Shown: positions 63,480-64,000 of the stretch, in pieces
Layout: every line of letters starts with the position of its first letter
How positions within the stretch are numbered: the stretch's first letter is position 1
Source of the DNA: Octopus vulgaris
Taxonomy: Eukaryota
Assembly: GCA_951406725.2 (NCBI GenBank)
Contig: OX597831.1
Location: 69,874,001-69,938,000, forward strand
Reading direction: 5' to 3'
Length of the DNA stretch: 64,000 nt
Position numbers and translations under genes: made by a program
The notes under the pieces: model-generated
Seen by the model: only the letters and a program-made list of their open reading frames with translations
Databases searched by the model: none
What the model was told of the DNA's origin: nothing

Positions 63480-64000
63480 TTCACATCAAGATAATCATAT
63501 ACATCATAACATATATACACAAACATTTTAAAAAACTGTCAGGTATATATAATACTAAAATGTTAAAATAAGGAAATTGCACAATAAATTAACATAGCAT
63601 AATTAAATGCATGAGTGAACAATACAAATAAACCTTGGCGAAGCTTAAGCTTAGATTTATAAAATAGTCAAAGGCTTTCTTAAAGGTGAAGTCGAAATAT
63701 GCACTAGCATTGTAATACAAAATAACTCTAAGGTATAAAGTCAAATTCCAATGCGACAGTCAAAATTTTCCAAAAGTCAAAACATTTTACCCATATGGTA
63801 TTTTATTGGTTGACATTTTAAATCTTGTGGCATGCCTGCAAGAATTTAAGTGCTTGCATCTCTGGTTCAAAGCATGTTTATCCTGGAATAGGATGAAAAA
63901 CTTTTCTGAGAGGCAAAGATTACATTTCATGAGTCTTTTATAAGGTCTATGTCTGTATGATGATGCTTTGTTAAATGTATATGCAATTTAGTGTGAAAAT
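63480..64000 (-). mobile_element. Penelope-like element 3' end (GIY-YIG C-terminus and 3' UTR), continues past the window end
   Basis: Minus strand RPYKRLMKCNLCLSEKFFILFQDKHALNQRCKHLNSCRHATRFK matches the CxLCLxEK...LNxR...CRH end of Penelope-like ORFs. Confidence 0.8.

Noticed and set aside
817-63571. ORFs rich in HT, YI, CV, MYVC or MDGW
   Set aside because: They are translations of microsatellites.

Overview
AT-rich eukaryotic DNA, almost entirely non-coding (intronic or intergenic). The SINE types and the dense (TA)n/(CA)n/(TACA)n microsatellites point to a coleoid cephalopod, most likely Octopus; this is inferred from recognised repeats, not from a search. Nearly all ORFs in the supplied track are microsatellite or repeat read-throughs. 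No complete gene is present, only a few low-confidence + strand exon candidates. The window holds decayed Tc1/mariner, maT and hAT transposons, two MITEs, RTE, CR1 and HERO-like LINE fragments, several tRNA-derived SINE families (one expanded into a 1.5-kb higher-order tandem array) and Penelope-like (GIY-YIG) remnants. The most striking signal is a cluster of about nine type I hammerhead ribozyme motifs, read by eye, from several unrelated repeat families. They sit in short non-coding inserts in (TA)n tracts. Some inserts are partial tandem repeats: a 489-nt unit at 47.2-47.8 kb has one boundary within 1-2 nt of the predicted self-cleavage site. Others are fold-back palindromes. Together they look like a Penelope-dependent, retrozyme-like RNA system.
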